Source: a virus. Taken from it: a stretch of DNA of 60,797 nt. Location of the stretch: positions 1-60,797 of IMG/VR virus record IMGVR_UViG_3300028549_000940, one strand, 5' to 3'. Under the pieces are notes generated by a model. That model was not told the origin of the DNA. It ran no database searches and saw only the letters and a program-made list of their open reading frames with translations. A program made the position numbers and the translations under genes. Below are positions 9,231 through 21,200 of this stretch, in pieces; position 1 is the stretch's first letter, and each line of letters starts with the position of its first letter.

Positions 9231-12200
9231 ATGCCTAACGATAAACTCCAACAAGCCGCCTCTAAGTTCAACCAAACCATTCAGGGCATTCACCCTGAAT
9301 TGGTAATTAAAAACCCAGAGAGCAAAGAAGAGTGGGACAACGCTATAGGATCTCTCAAGAAGAGCGGAATTAATACAAGCAAGATAGAGGGTATTTACCA
9401 GCTGTTTGGTAATGGTATTAGCGAGAAAGTTGAAACACCTACCCCCGCTGAGGTTAAGCCACCTGAAAACATGGTAGATGATTTGTCTACCGAGGAAGGA
9501 AAGAAGCGATACTACGAAACCCACGGGGCCGGGACGAGACTTGTAGAGGGAGTTGACGCAGGATTTAACCAAACCACAGGAGGAATAAGAGTAGGTTATG
9601 GGAATGTAGCCAAGGAGATGACGGGAGAAGCACCTCTGGAACGGGTATCTAGGTCGATTGATTTAGGAAGAATACCACAGGGAAAGACTATTTCAGAATA
9701 TGAATCGCTTCTTGCAAAAAGAGAAGAGGAATTCGCCGACCTACTCAAGCGAAGGGCCGCAAAGTATGAGTTCATCCGTAGGGATAATAAGTTTAGTGAT
9801 AACCCAACCATAAACACCGGAGAAATTGCCATACCATCTAATGAATGGAAGGAGAATGGTGCAGAGATTGAGCGACAGGCTACCGATTGGGATAAGAGAG
9901 CGGGTTACGATCAGAAAAGATATGAGATAAGCGATCTAAAGGAATACATTGACCTTGCCAAAAAAGAAGGCGTAGAGGGAGCGACTAAAAAGGCACGTGA
10001 GGCTGTAAAAACCGTATCGTGGAATGACGAAGTAATAGCCCAAGGAGTAAAGGATATCGATGTAGATGCGCCAAAGGGAACCGGGTTGATTTACGGTGTT
10101 GGAGTATTTTCCACACAAGTAGTTCCGGTCGTAGCATCTGCGGCAGTCGCTCCATTTACCGCAGGAACATCACTAGGATGGATACCGGGGGCTATTGGAG
10201 CGTCTACTATGGGCGTGTTGGCTTCTGGTTCTGCTGGTCAGTTCATGCACGAGTATGATAAATACACTAGTGAGAATAATATAGAGCCAGATCAGGGAAT
10301 GAAGTTCGGTGGTGCCGCAGCCTACTTTGCATTTGAGCTTATTGGTGAGCAGATGGCGCTGGATGCCGCACTTAAAAAAATTACCTCGCAGTATATCAAG
10401 AAATCGGTTATTGCCGGAGTCCCAAATAAGGCCATGGACTTGATGCAAGCCTACCTTGAGAAGAATCCTGCAATGGCGAAGAAATTTATCGGAGCCGCAA
10501 CGGACTATATCGACAACGGAGTGTCCGAGGCCACGAGTGAGGTGTTTACTTCGCTAGGGCAAGACCTATCCTATAACATATCTAGAGACAAAGAGTTTCA
10601 GAAAGGATTTAAGGAGGTTATACTTGACGCCTACGAATCTGCCAAGGGCGGGTTTATGATGTCTGGAATAACAAGCCCTATGATCAAGATGGGGCAACAC
10701 TACCAACAAAAGAAGGGCATTAGGGATAACGGAATTACCCTAGTGGAGGATAAGGTTTCGGGAACCCCATACCAGTTCATGGAGGCCAACGATGATGGTT
10801 CTGTGCTGGTCATGGATAAGCTGGGGAACGAAAAGAAGATCCCGACGGAAAACGTAGGCAGGATACAGCAGTATGACGCGAAAACCTACCAAGAGCTAGT
10901 TCAGCAGCACAAGGAAGGGAAACAAATAACCATATCCAACCCCGGAGATATTCTTGCTCAATCAAACGAGCAGCAGATGGGTAACAACTTTGGGAAGTTT
11001 GCCGACGAAAACGGGCAAATGAACATGGCTACCGACAGCCAAGGGAACACGCTCTTTATTACCGACATCGACGAAAAAACCTACGGGGCTGTAAATGCTA
11101 TTACCGGGGAGAAAACCACCATTGCCAAAACAAGTGTTTCGAGCGTTGGGAGTGAGAACCTTGGTATTCTATCCGCTAACTCCATATCTCAATCGCTATA
11201 CACTTCCGGGTATCTATACGGAGGCCAAGGAAAGGCAGTAAGCATACAGGAAGCGGTTGATGACGCTATCAGTAAAGGCCAAACCGCCGAGACTATGGCG
11301 GTAACTGCCAATGAGCACATGGATATGGTCGCTCAGGCCATTCAAGCCAACGACATGGCCGGAGCCGCTGAGAATACCATCAAGGCCAACTTTTACACTA
11401 ACCTAGCCAAGGAACTTGCAAATATAACGCCAAAGGCAGAAGTTGTTGCCGGAGGAACTATCCTGTTTAACGGAAAGCAACATAACGTTATTTCGGTGAA
11501 CAACGGCATTGCTGAACTAGAAGAGGTAACTGAGGACGGGTTGGGTAAGTCATTCGACGTTCCGGTTGAAGAAATACAGCAACAAATTAAGCCAGAGGTC
11601 AGTGAGCTTACAGTAAATCCTACTGTACCAGAAGTAGCAAAAACAGCACAAGAGCCAGTATTACAAGAAGATTTAAACACAGTAAATCAAGAAGTTGCAG
11701 CAAATATAGAACCCGTACCGACAGAGCCAAAAACATACGACATTGAGGTAGGAAAGGAAACTGTTAAGGCTGTTCAGCAGGATAACGGAACCTTTCTTCT
11801 TGGGAAAACATACACCAAGAGCGAGCTGGAAAAGGCAGGGAAGCTTGTAGAAGTTCTTAACAAGGACTACGAGGATAACGGTTTATCTTTCGAGATTACC
11901 CCTCTACCAAAGCAAGACCCTGCCAACCCGTTCGAGAAGCCAACGTTTGCCATCGTGGCAAAACCTGTAATTGCAAAAGAAGAGCAAGTAATACCCGAAA
12001 GTGTAGCAGAGATACCTACTCCTTCAAAAACAGAGGACAACATACCTGTTTCTACACAGGAAGAGATCAAGCCAGTAGAGGCAGAAGTTGAACCAGCAGC
12101 TAAAGAAACTATACCTCCTATCGAGGAAGTAGCTAAAGAGTCGCCAAAAGTTGACGAGGTAAAACCAACCAAGCTAGACGATACCATAAAACACCTTGAG

Positions 12201-15200
12201 GTTATATCCGAGGGAGAACAAGTTGATAAATCACCCACCGAAGCGCAAAAGGAGGCCGGAAACTACAAGAAGGGACACACTGTCGTTCAGGGCTTCGATA
12301 TTACCATCGAAAACCCGGAAGGAAGCAAGAGAAGCGGAACAGACGGAGGGGGTAACAGGTGGGAAACTACCATGCACAACACCTATGGATACTTTAAGCG
12401 AACCAAAGGAAAAGACGGCGACCAAGTAGACACCTTCTTAGGGCCGAACCCTGAGACTGGAAAGATATACGTGGTCGATCAGATGGACTCCAATACGGGT
12501 ATGTTTGACGAGCACAAGGTAATGCTTGGGTTTAACTCTGAAGAACAAGCCAAAACCGCTTACCTATCGAACTACTCTAAGGGTTGGTCGGGATTGGGTG
12601 CCATCACCGAAATGGGGCACGATGAGTTTAAGGGCTGGTTGAAGGATGGTGATAGAACAACGGTTCCTGCTTCTTTTAATGCCGAGGCAGAGAGAAAGGC
12701 AACCGAGCACCTAGAAGCGTTGAAAGAACCTACCATAGTTCCAGCAGACCCCATCGTTTCTCACAACAACCTCGTTAGACAGGTTAAAAACTACAACGGG
12801 TTAACTAAATACCAGCGCGGGACAAAGGCAAATAGGCGATTATTTAAGACCTTGAGCACCTTGGCTACTAGGCTTGAGTATGGAATTACCCAAAACACCG
12901 ACGGCTCCTTAAACGTAACCAAAGGGGGTAGTAAAATACGAACTATCACCCAGAAGAAAACCAAGGAGGAGATTAATGCTCACAAATTGCTAACTGAATA
13001 CCCTCAAGAGTTCCAAGACTTCGCCAACTTTATTATGGGCGTTGACAACCTTGGGTATATCGACGTAGATATGGACAAAAAAGCCGTATCTCAGGGTATT
13101 AAGAACATTAAAGAAGGTAAGAAAACTGTTGCCGCCAACGCGCTTCTGGATGAACTTTCCGCTATTTACAACCTTGGAGAGATTCATTTGTCAAATAATG
13201 GCGAAGGAACGCGCGTTTCTCTGCAAGAGTTTCGTAACTTGTATTCGTCCGAAGAAAAAGGAGCCGCAGAAGAGCAACAGTCAAACGAACTATTTGAGCC
13301 AACCGAAGAGGGTGAATTTGTAGAAGATTACAACCAAACGCTTTTAAATGCCATTGCCGATAACTCCATCACCAAGGAGAACGTTGAATCGTTCGATTGG
13401 CTGTTAGGGGAGGCAATGCTTAACGATATTAAAACTATTCTATATGAAACTGAGCAAGGAAATAATAGCAGCCCTTCCACCGGATCAGAAGCAGGAAGCG
13501 CTATTACAGGTGAAAAAAGCGATAATGCAGCAGATCGAGTCGATGCCGGAACCAAAGAGGTCGGAAGCGTTGAAGAACCTGGACTCTCTGAAGCTACAGG
13601 GAATCAAGATGGCCGCGATGCAGCGAACCCAGAGCAAGTTGCTGAAAAGGGGTTAACCGAGCTACAAAAAAGCGAAATTGAGGCCAAAACCGGCGAACTT
13701 TCCCGTAAAATTGAGGCAAAAAGAGCAGAACTAGTTGCCGAAAGAGGCAAGTTACAGGCCAAAAAGAACGAGCTGGAGGGTAAAAAAACTACCCAAACTT
13801 CACTGTTTGGCACCGAAAAACCACAGTTTGCCGGTCAACTGTTCGATATTCCCGCTGATTTCTCACAGGGAAGCATCACCCGCGCCCTTAAGGACTTAAA
13901 GAGCGGTATTACAATTAAAGAAAAGGAGCTGACTGACCTTGTTACTAAGCGTGACGAGATCGTTAAGTCTATTGTGGATAGCGCCACGGCACAGCAGGAA
14001 CTGGATTTGAGTAAGGAGGCAATTAAAGAAGAAAAACCCACCTATCAAGTTCCTTCATCATTCACCGCTCAAACCATAAGCGAGTTCTCCGATGAGTTAG
14101 ACAGGGGTAATATTAACATTGACTCGTTTAAAAAGGCTTTCGAGGTATTCTTGGCAAGCAAAGAGGCGATCACCCAAGAGCTGAGCGGCAAGACAAAAGC
14201 CGAGCTGCTTTCCGGTATGAACGCCATGGGAAGGTATCGATATAAAAATGAGAAGAAGGACGCAACTGTAAGGGCTATTTATGGCAGCCACCTAATGACG
14301 TTCTCGTTTGGTTCTCTTGTGTATGATTTCAGCAAAAGCACAGAAGAGGTAGTAAGCGAAAAGGTAGCGAAAACTACTCAAGCGGACATAGACAACCATG
14401 TAAGCGAAGTAAACAAGCAGATCGAGGACTACAAGGCGCGAGTAGCCGAGTATAAAAAAGCCCTTACTAACCCAGAAACAATTGCCGAGTTTGGAATATT
14501 CATTGCAAAGAACGGTAAGGATGCGTTAAGCGTAGAGCAGAAAGCAGCCTACGACAACCTTATTACAGATAAGGTTTTTGATAAGCGCAGCGCAGAGGCC
14601 GAGAAAAAGGCAGAAGTTTCTAAGGTGGAGATAGGCGATACCGGCATGAGCCTTATTGAAACAAAACACACCAAGACTGGAGAACCAATATTCGTAGTCA
14701 CCCTTTCGAATAGGGTTGATTCTGACACCTACAAGGACTTAAACGCAAAGGCCAAGAAGTTAGGAGGCTACTACTCTTCTTTTAGAGGTAATGGGGCTAT
14801 ACCCGGATTTACCTTTAAGGATAAATCACAGGCAGAAAACTTCATGGCGCTGAAAGAAGGCGATGTGTCAACTTCCTCAGAAGAAGTAAAAGCAGAGGAG
14901 ACTAAGTTTAAGGCCGATAAATTGAGGGATGCTGCACAAAAAATGATTGAAAAGGCAGATGAGTCTTTAGGAAGAGAAAGGCTAACCAACACCTATAAAA
15001 GAGCCAACGAAGCAAGCCGTGCCGATGCCAACGCTAACGAAGAAAAGCGTATTGCTGAAACGATGGTAAACATTGCCGACGCTATAGATGCAGGAAACGT
15101 AAAACTTCTTAACGGTGTGAAAGCAAAAACGCACATTGAGCTGCTTGAGATGATGGTTAGAACATCCAAGAACCAAGAAATAGCAGCCAAGTATCCTAAC

Positions 15201-18200
15201 GATAGGATTAAGCACAAGGATGATCCTGCAACGCTTGAAACAATCGAATATTTAAGGTTTGGATACTACCCAAGCATATACGGAAGAGCTATCGTTGATA
15301 TTGCAAACAAAGCAAGCAGGAAAAGTGGACTAAAACAGGTTGCGGCCAGATGGGAGAAGAAGCTAAACAGTCTATCGGAATACGAGAACTACCAAGTTAC
15401 CTCAGATAGGGAGATCGACGAGCTTACAGAAATGTTTAATGCGCTTCCCGAAAAGGAAAAAAGTTACAGCCAAGTAGGCAACAGCCTCGCCAACCACAAA
15501 AGGCTAAAAGCAATGGGGATAGAAAACGACTCCATGCTTCGCGCTGTGCTAAGGGAGTATATTCAGTATCGCGGAAAAGTTAAAGAGGCAAACAAGGTAA
15601 AGGAGTTAGAACGGGCAATCGTAGGGAGAAACGTAGGTTTTGACTTCTTCCCCACCCCTTCTTCCGTGGCTGAATTGATGGTAAATGAGGCCGGTATTAC
15701 TGAAAACATGGACGTTTTAGAGCCAAGTGCCGGAAACGGAAACATTGCCGATGCAATAAAATCAAGCAATATCATTCCCGACGTAATCGAGCTATCCTCG
15801 GAGCTATCAAAAATTCTCGAAGCAAAAGGCTATCCGGTAGTTGGTAGCGATTTTATGTCCTACAACGAAAAGCAGTATGACCGAATAGTAATGAATCCCC
15901 CATTTTCTAACGGAGCAGATGGGGAGCATGTAATACATGCCTATGAACTGCTAAAACCCGGAGGAAGAATAGTTGCCATAGTTGGAGAGGGAACGTTTAT
16001 CAGAAGCGATAAAAAGGCGGTCAGTTTTAGGGAATGGCTCGACCAAGTAAACGGAAGCGAAGAGAGGTTGCCACAGGGAACCTTTAGCGATAAGAAGCTA
16101 TTAAATACAACTCAGGCCAACGCCAGAATGGTTGTGATTGACAAACCAGAAGCTTCTGTTCAGTTCCGCAAAACCTCACCATACTACGCCAACGCAGAGC
16201 GCGCACTTTCGTCCATTGAAATGAGCAAGGCCACCCCCGAGCAGTGGAAGGCCATGATACTAAAAGGAGGTGCTAAGGAAACAGAACTAAGGTGGATGAA
16301 TTGGGATGATTTCGCCAAGGATAAAAAGTCTATCACCAAGGAAGAGGTGCAGCAGTTTATCGATGGGCAAAAGGTAGTAGTTGAAGAGGTGGTAAAATCA
16401 CAATCAAAAACTATTACCAGAGAAGAAGCCTTAAAGGCGCTAGATAGAGGTATTGAGGTTTATGGAATACATCAAGACGGAAGCGAGTTTCTTATTGAAA
16501 ATCTTGATGATCTTGATAGAGCCGAAAAACTAGCTTTTGAAGAAGATTTAGCGCCTAGCGAAACCAAATACTCCCAATACACCACTCCCGGAGGAAAGAA
16601 CTACAAGGAGGTGTTACTTACGTTGCCAAATCAAACAGATGGTAAGATTTGGAAAATAAAGGCCGGAGATAATTCAACTCAAGTATGGAGCAAAGAATTT
16701 ACGAATGAAAGCGAATATCAATCGTATATTGAAGGATTAAAGCAAGACGGAATACCATTCAAAACTACTGTAAAAGGAAAAGACAATCCTGCATTCTCAT
16801 CTTCACACTATGACGAAAAGAACATTGCCGCGCATATTCGCCTTGCTGAATTTACCACCAAGGAAGGAAAGAGAGCGCTTCATGTTGAAGAGGTGCAGAG
16901 CGATTGGGCGCAGAAGGGAAAGAAGGATGGGTTTAAAACAAAAACAGAGGCACAGCTATACGCAGAACTGGAATCCAAGGGTATATATAGAGATAAAAAC
17001 TCTACTATGAATACATCTTTTGTTGATAAAGATGGAAGCCAAATCTATCACCCAAATCCCAATGTAAAGCGAAGTTCTACGCCAGAGCAAGATGCGGCCA
17101 TTGATGAGTTTTTTAAAGGACTAAAATCTGGTGACATTCCCGACATGCCCTTCAAGCAAACCGACCAATGGGTAGGATTAGGCATGAAGTGGGCTTTGAG
17201 GTATGCCGCCGAGAATGGGTTCGATGTGGTAACATGGACCACCGGAGAGCAACAGGCTGACAGGTATGATTTGAGTAAAAAAGTAGACAAAATTCATTAT
17301 AACAAAAATAATGGAATCTTAAGAGTTGACGGTATCAACGGAGAATCAATATTTAATGATTATGTAGAAGAAAATGGCATTCAAGATATAGTAGGAAAAG
17401 AAATAGCTGATAGAATTATCGCTAAATCAAACGACAACAAAGGAGAATATGTATCAATTTCAGGAGACGGGCTAAAGATTGGCGGCGAAGGAATGAAAGC
17501 CTTTTACGACAACATCGTTCCTTCGTGGGTGAACAAGTATGTAAAGAAGTGGGGCGCCAAAGCCGGAGCTACCGAGATTGACACCAAACCAGAATTAACC
17601 AACGATGGAATAAACCTCGACAGCGGAGAGATAAACCAACCAACAAATGGAAAGTTTACCACCGTCCATTCGGTAGAGGTTACTCCTTCAATGACCGTAT
17701 CTGTAATGGAAGGACAGCCGATGTTTAGAGCTTCTGAAAGGGTATTTGCTGATGTAACTAAAGAGCGCCACCACCAGCAAGTATCTAAAGCGGTAAACGA
17801 CCTTCAAGAGAAAGCACCCAACGCACTTCCGTTACGGGTTGTTCGGAATAATAAAGAGCTAAGCGAGGCCATAAAAGACCTTTCAAAAATAGAGCAAGAA
17901 GGCATCCAGGAAGCAATCAACAAAGGTTCTACCATATTTGGGTTTAAATCTAGTAAAGCTGTGTTTATTGTATCAGAAAGTATGGCTGATGAAAATGAAG
18001 CCATTCATACTTGGATACACGAGCAAGGAGGCCACTTAGGTATTGAATTGCTGATACCTAATGAAGATAAGCGAAATGCTTTCTTTGAGGCAGCATACGA
18101 AAGCGTAGGCGAAGAGCAGTTCAAAAAATTGCTTGATGAAATAGATCCAACCGGAGAGATTTACGCTACATACAAAAAAGCCAGCAAGGCTGAAAAAGGC

Positions 18201-21200
18201 TCAGAATACCTAGCTTTCTTGGCAGAAAAGATACTAAACCGGGAGCAAATGACACCTGATCAGTATAAGTTTTGGTCGGTTATTCGTCAAAAGATACTGG
18301 AACTCATAAATAGGGTATTGACTTCGCTCGATAAAAGAGCTACATTTACAGACAGAGAGTTGGCCTTAATTGTTAAGGCCGGAGCAAGTAAACTATATGA
18401 GGATAAGGGTAGATTTGAGACAGGAAACAATACTGAACAACAGGAAGGCGCGAATGCTTCCAACGGTTCAGCGCTACGAGGAGATCGTGGGGGTATTCTT
18501 GTCGTGCCCGAGATTCAGAATACGGTTAGTAGCCCCAATCTTCAAGCCATTCACGCTGAACGAGCATATCGAGAATTCGATCCCATCGCCACGCATAAAG
18601 TTGCCCATGACGCGCTCCTTCGCTCAGTCCCTAATTCAAAACTAGAAAGGCTTTCTTTCGGGCACGGGACCAACGTAGAGTTTTCAAACTTTGACATTAA
18701 GTATGCAGGAACCGGCACCGGGGAGAAGATTCACGGTTACGGGTTATACCTTTCCATCACCGCTAACGATCCAGCTGTTGCTGTAACCTACGCCAACAAG
18801 GTAGCATTTACCTCTGCCGAGGTAAGAAAGTATGCAGAAGGTATTAGCGAGAAATACGGGCATTTGGCTTTTAAAGCATTCGAAAAGGCTACCTACGACA
18901 CCAAGAGAGGGAAAGACCTGCTTACCTCCTTAAAAGATCGATATGCTGAAACGGGAAAACCGTATATCAAGAGCGTAATCGACCACGTAGAAAGCAACCC
19001 TATTCCATTTTCAAAAATCGTTTACTTCGGGCAAATGGAGAAACCAGACGGCACCCCATTTCACTTTATCGAGTGGGATACCGAGTTTGTCTATAAAGAC
19101 CAGTGGGACGCTATCACCAACGGATTAAATAGGGAAGGCCACAGCGTAGACGAATGGTTGGAAAGGTTGGGCGAAGAAGCATTGCTTGACGATGGACAGC
19201 TGAACGGAAAACAAGTTTACAGATCACTAGCTAAGCTACTAGCTGAAAAGAGTGACGATTCAAACGGTAGCCCAAAGAACGCTTCTGAGTTTCTATACAG
19301 GGCCGGTTTCGACGGGACTACCTACGCCGACAAGGAAATGGTAGACGGAAAGGAGAGGTATAACGTGTGCTCGTTTTCTGACAAACCTATTCATATTACC
19401 GAAACGGTGAAGTTTAGGAAGAAGGACAAGACCCCTGCCGAGATGTCTAGGCTTGATGTCCAGATTAGGAGATTTGCCGATAAAATGATCGCACAGAAAA
19501 ACGTCGAAAAAGAGATACTACGAAGAGGTGGAAGGATTACCGACGCCTCAAACGTTTCGATGCAAGAAAACCTATCCTCTTCCATCGCCAGCGAGGCCAT
19601 GAAGAAATTCAACAGAGAGATGGTTAAGCCGTATGTTGAAACTATTGTCTCGGTAATGCAAGAGGGAAACTTAACCCAAGAGGATATTGAGAAGTATCTT
19701 ATTGCCAAACACACACCCGAAAGAAACAAAACCTTTAGGGATTTAGGCAAGGAGGGAGATACCTTTTCGGGCATGGATGAGAAAGAGGCGCTTGATAGAG
19801 TTAAAGATGTAGAGGGGAAAGTATCTGGTAAGCTGATAAGCAAATTGTGGGAGAAAACCAACGCTATTACCAAGTTCGCTCTTGATTACGATTTAGCCTG
19901 TGGAAGAATAAGCAAGGAGACACACGACAGGTATACCGGACCAGATAACGAGTGGAAGCACTACGTTCCACTAAAGGGATGGGAAGCAGAAACCTTAGAT
20001 GATGCCGACTACGTAGACACCGGAAGCGGATCATTCACGCCTACCTTAAAGAAGGCCAAGGGCAGAACATCGGCCTCGGATACTCCTATTCACTACATGA
20101 TATCGGCTGCTTACTCATCGATTGCCGCCGGAGAAAAAAATAAGGTAAAGGCTGCTGCAGTTCGCTTGGCTACCAACAACCCGGATATGACCGATATATT
20201 CCACCTTAAAAAAGTATGGATGGTTAAATCTGGCTTGAAAGACGAAAACGGAAAAGACATTTACTTAGAAACTACTGAAAAGCCATCACCCGAGCAGTTT
20301 AACCAAGGATTGGTAAAAACCAAGATTGATACCCGGCATGAAGTAGGTAAGCCAAGAGATAAATCAAAACAAGAAGAAGTTACCGCTTACATCAAAGGGG
20401 AAAAATACACCGTAATCTACGAACCAAAGTATGTGGCAGCGGCCAATGCAATAAACAAGGTTACTGGTGAAAAGACAGCAAAGGCAAATGATGTTATACA
20501 GGGAACCATTGGCATATTTACCAGATGGTTGTCGGCAAACTTTACCTCTAAGAGTCCTGACTTTATCCTACCAAACTTTGTGCGTGACGTATCGTTTGGT
20601 TTTATGAGCGAAAGCCTTAAGGAAGGTAAAGGGTTAAAGTTTCTTGAGAACACCAGAAAGGGGATGGCTACCATTCACAGAGCCTACGCAAACAAGTTGG
20701 ACCCAAAGAATCCAATCGATGTTCACTACCAAAACTGGCTTAAGAACGGAGGTCCTACCGGGTTCGTTCACCTTGGATCGCTGGAGAGCATAAAGTCAAA
20801 CATTAACCTAGAGGTTAAACGGTTGATGAAAGACAATAGCTTGTGGGATAAAACAACCCAAAATAGGCTGTTCAAAAAGTTGGGTGCGATGATGGATTAC
20901 GCCGCAATCATGTCGGAAAATGCATCGCGGTTTGGGGTTTACCTTACCTCTATCGAGCAGGGTAAATCGGAAGCCAAGGCAGCGCACGACGGGAAAGAGG
21001 CTACGGTTAACTTTAATACCAAAGGGGAATGGTCTGGAATTATTGGAGGATTCTTTACGTTCTTCAACGCCTCAGTTCAGGGTGGAAAAACATTCGCTAA
21101 GCTAGGTTACGAAAACAAGGGTAAGATGGCTATTGCTGGAGCTTCGTTTATGGCCCTTGGATACCTTGTTGCTGCGATGAACAGGTTTATGGACGACGAC

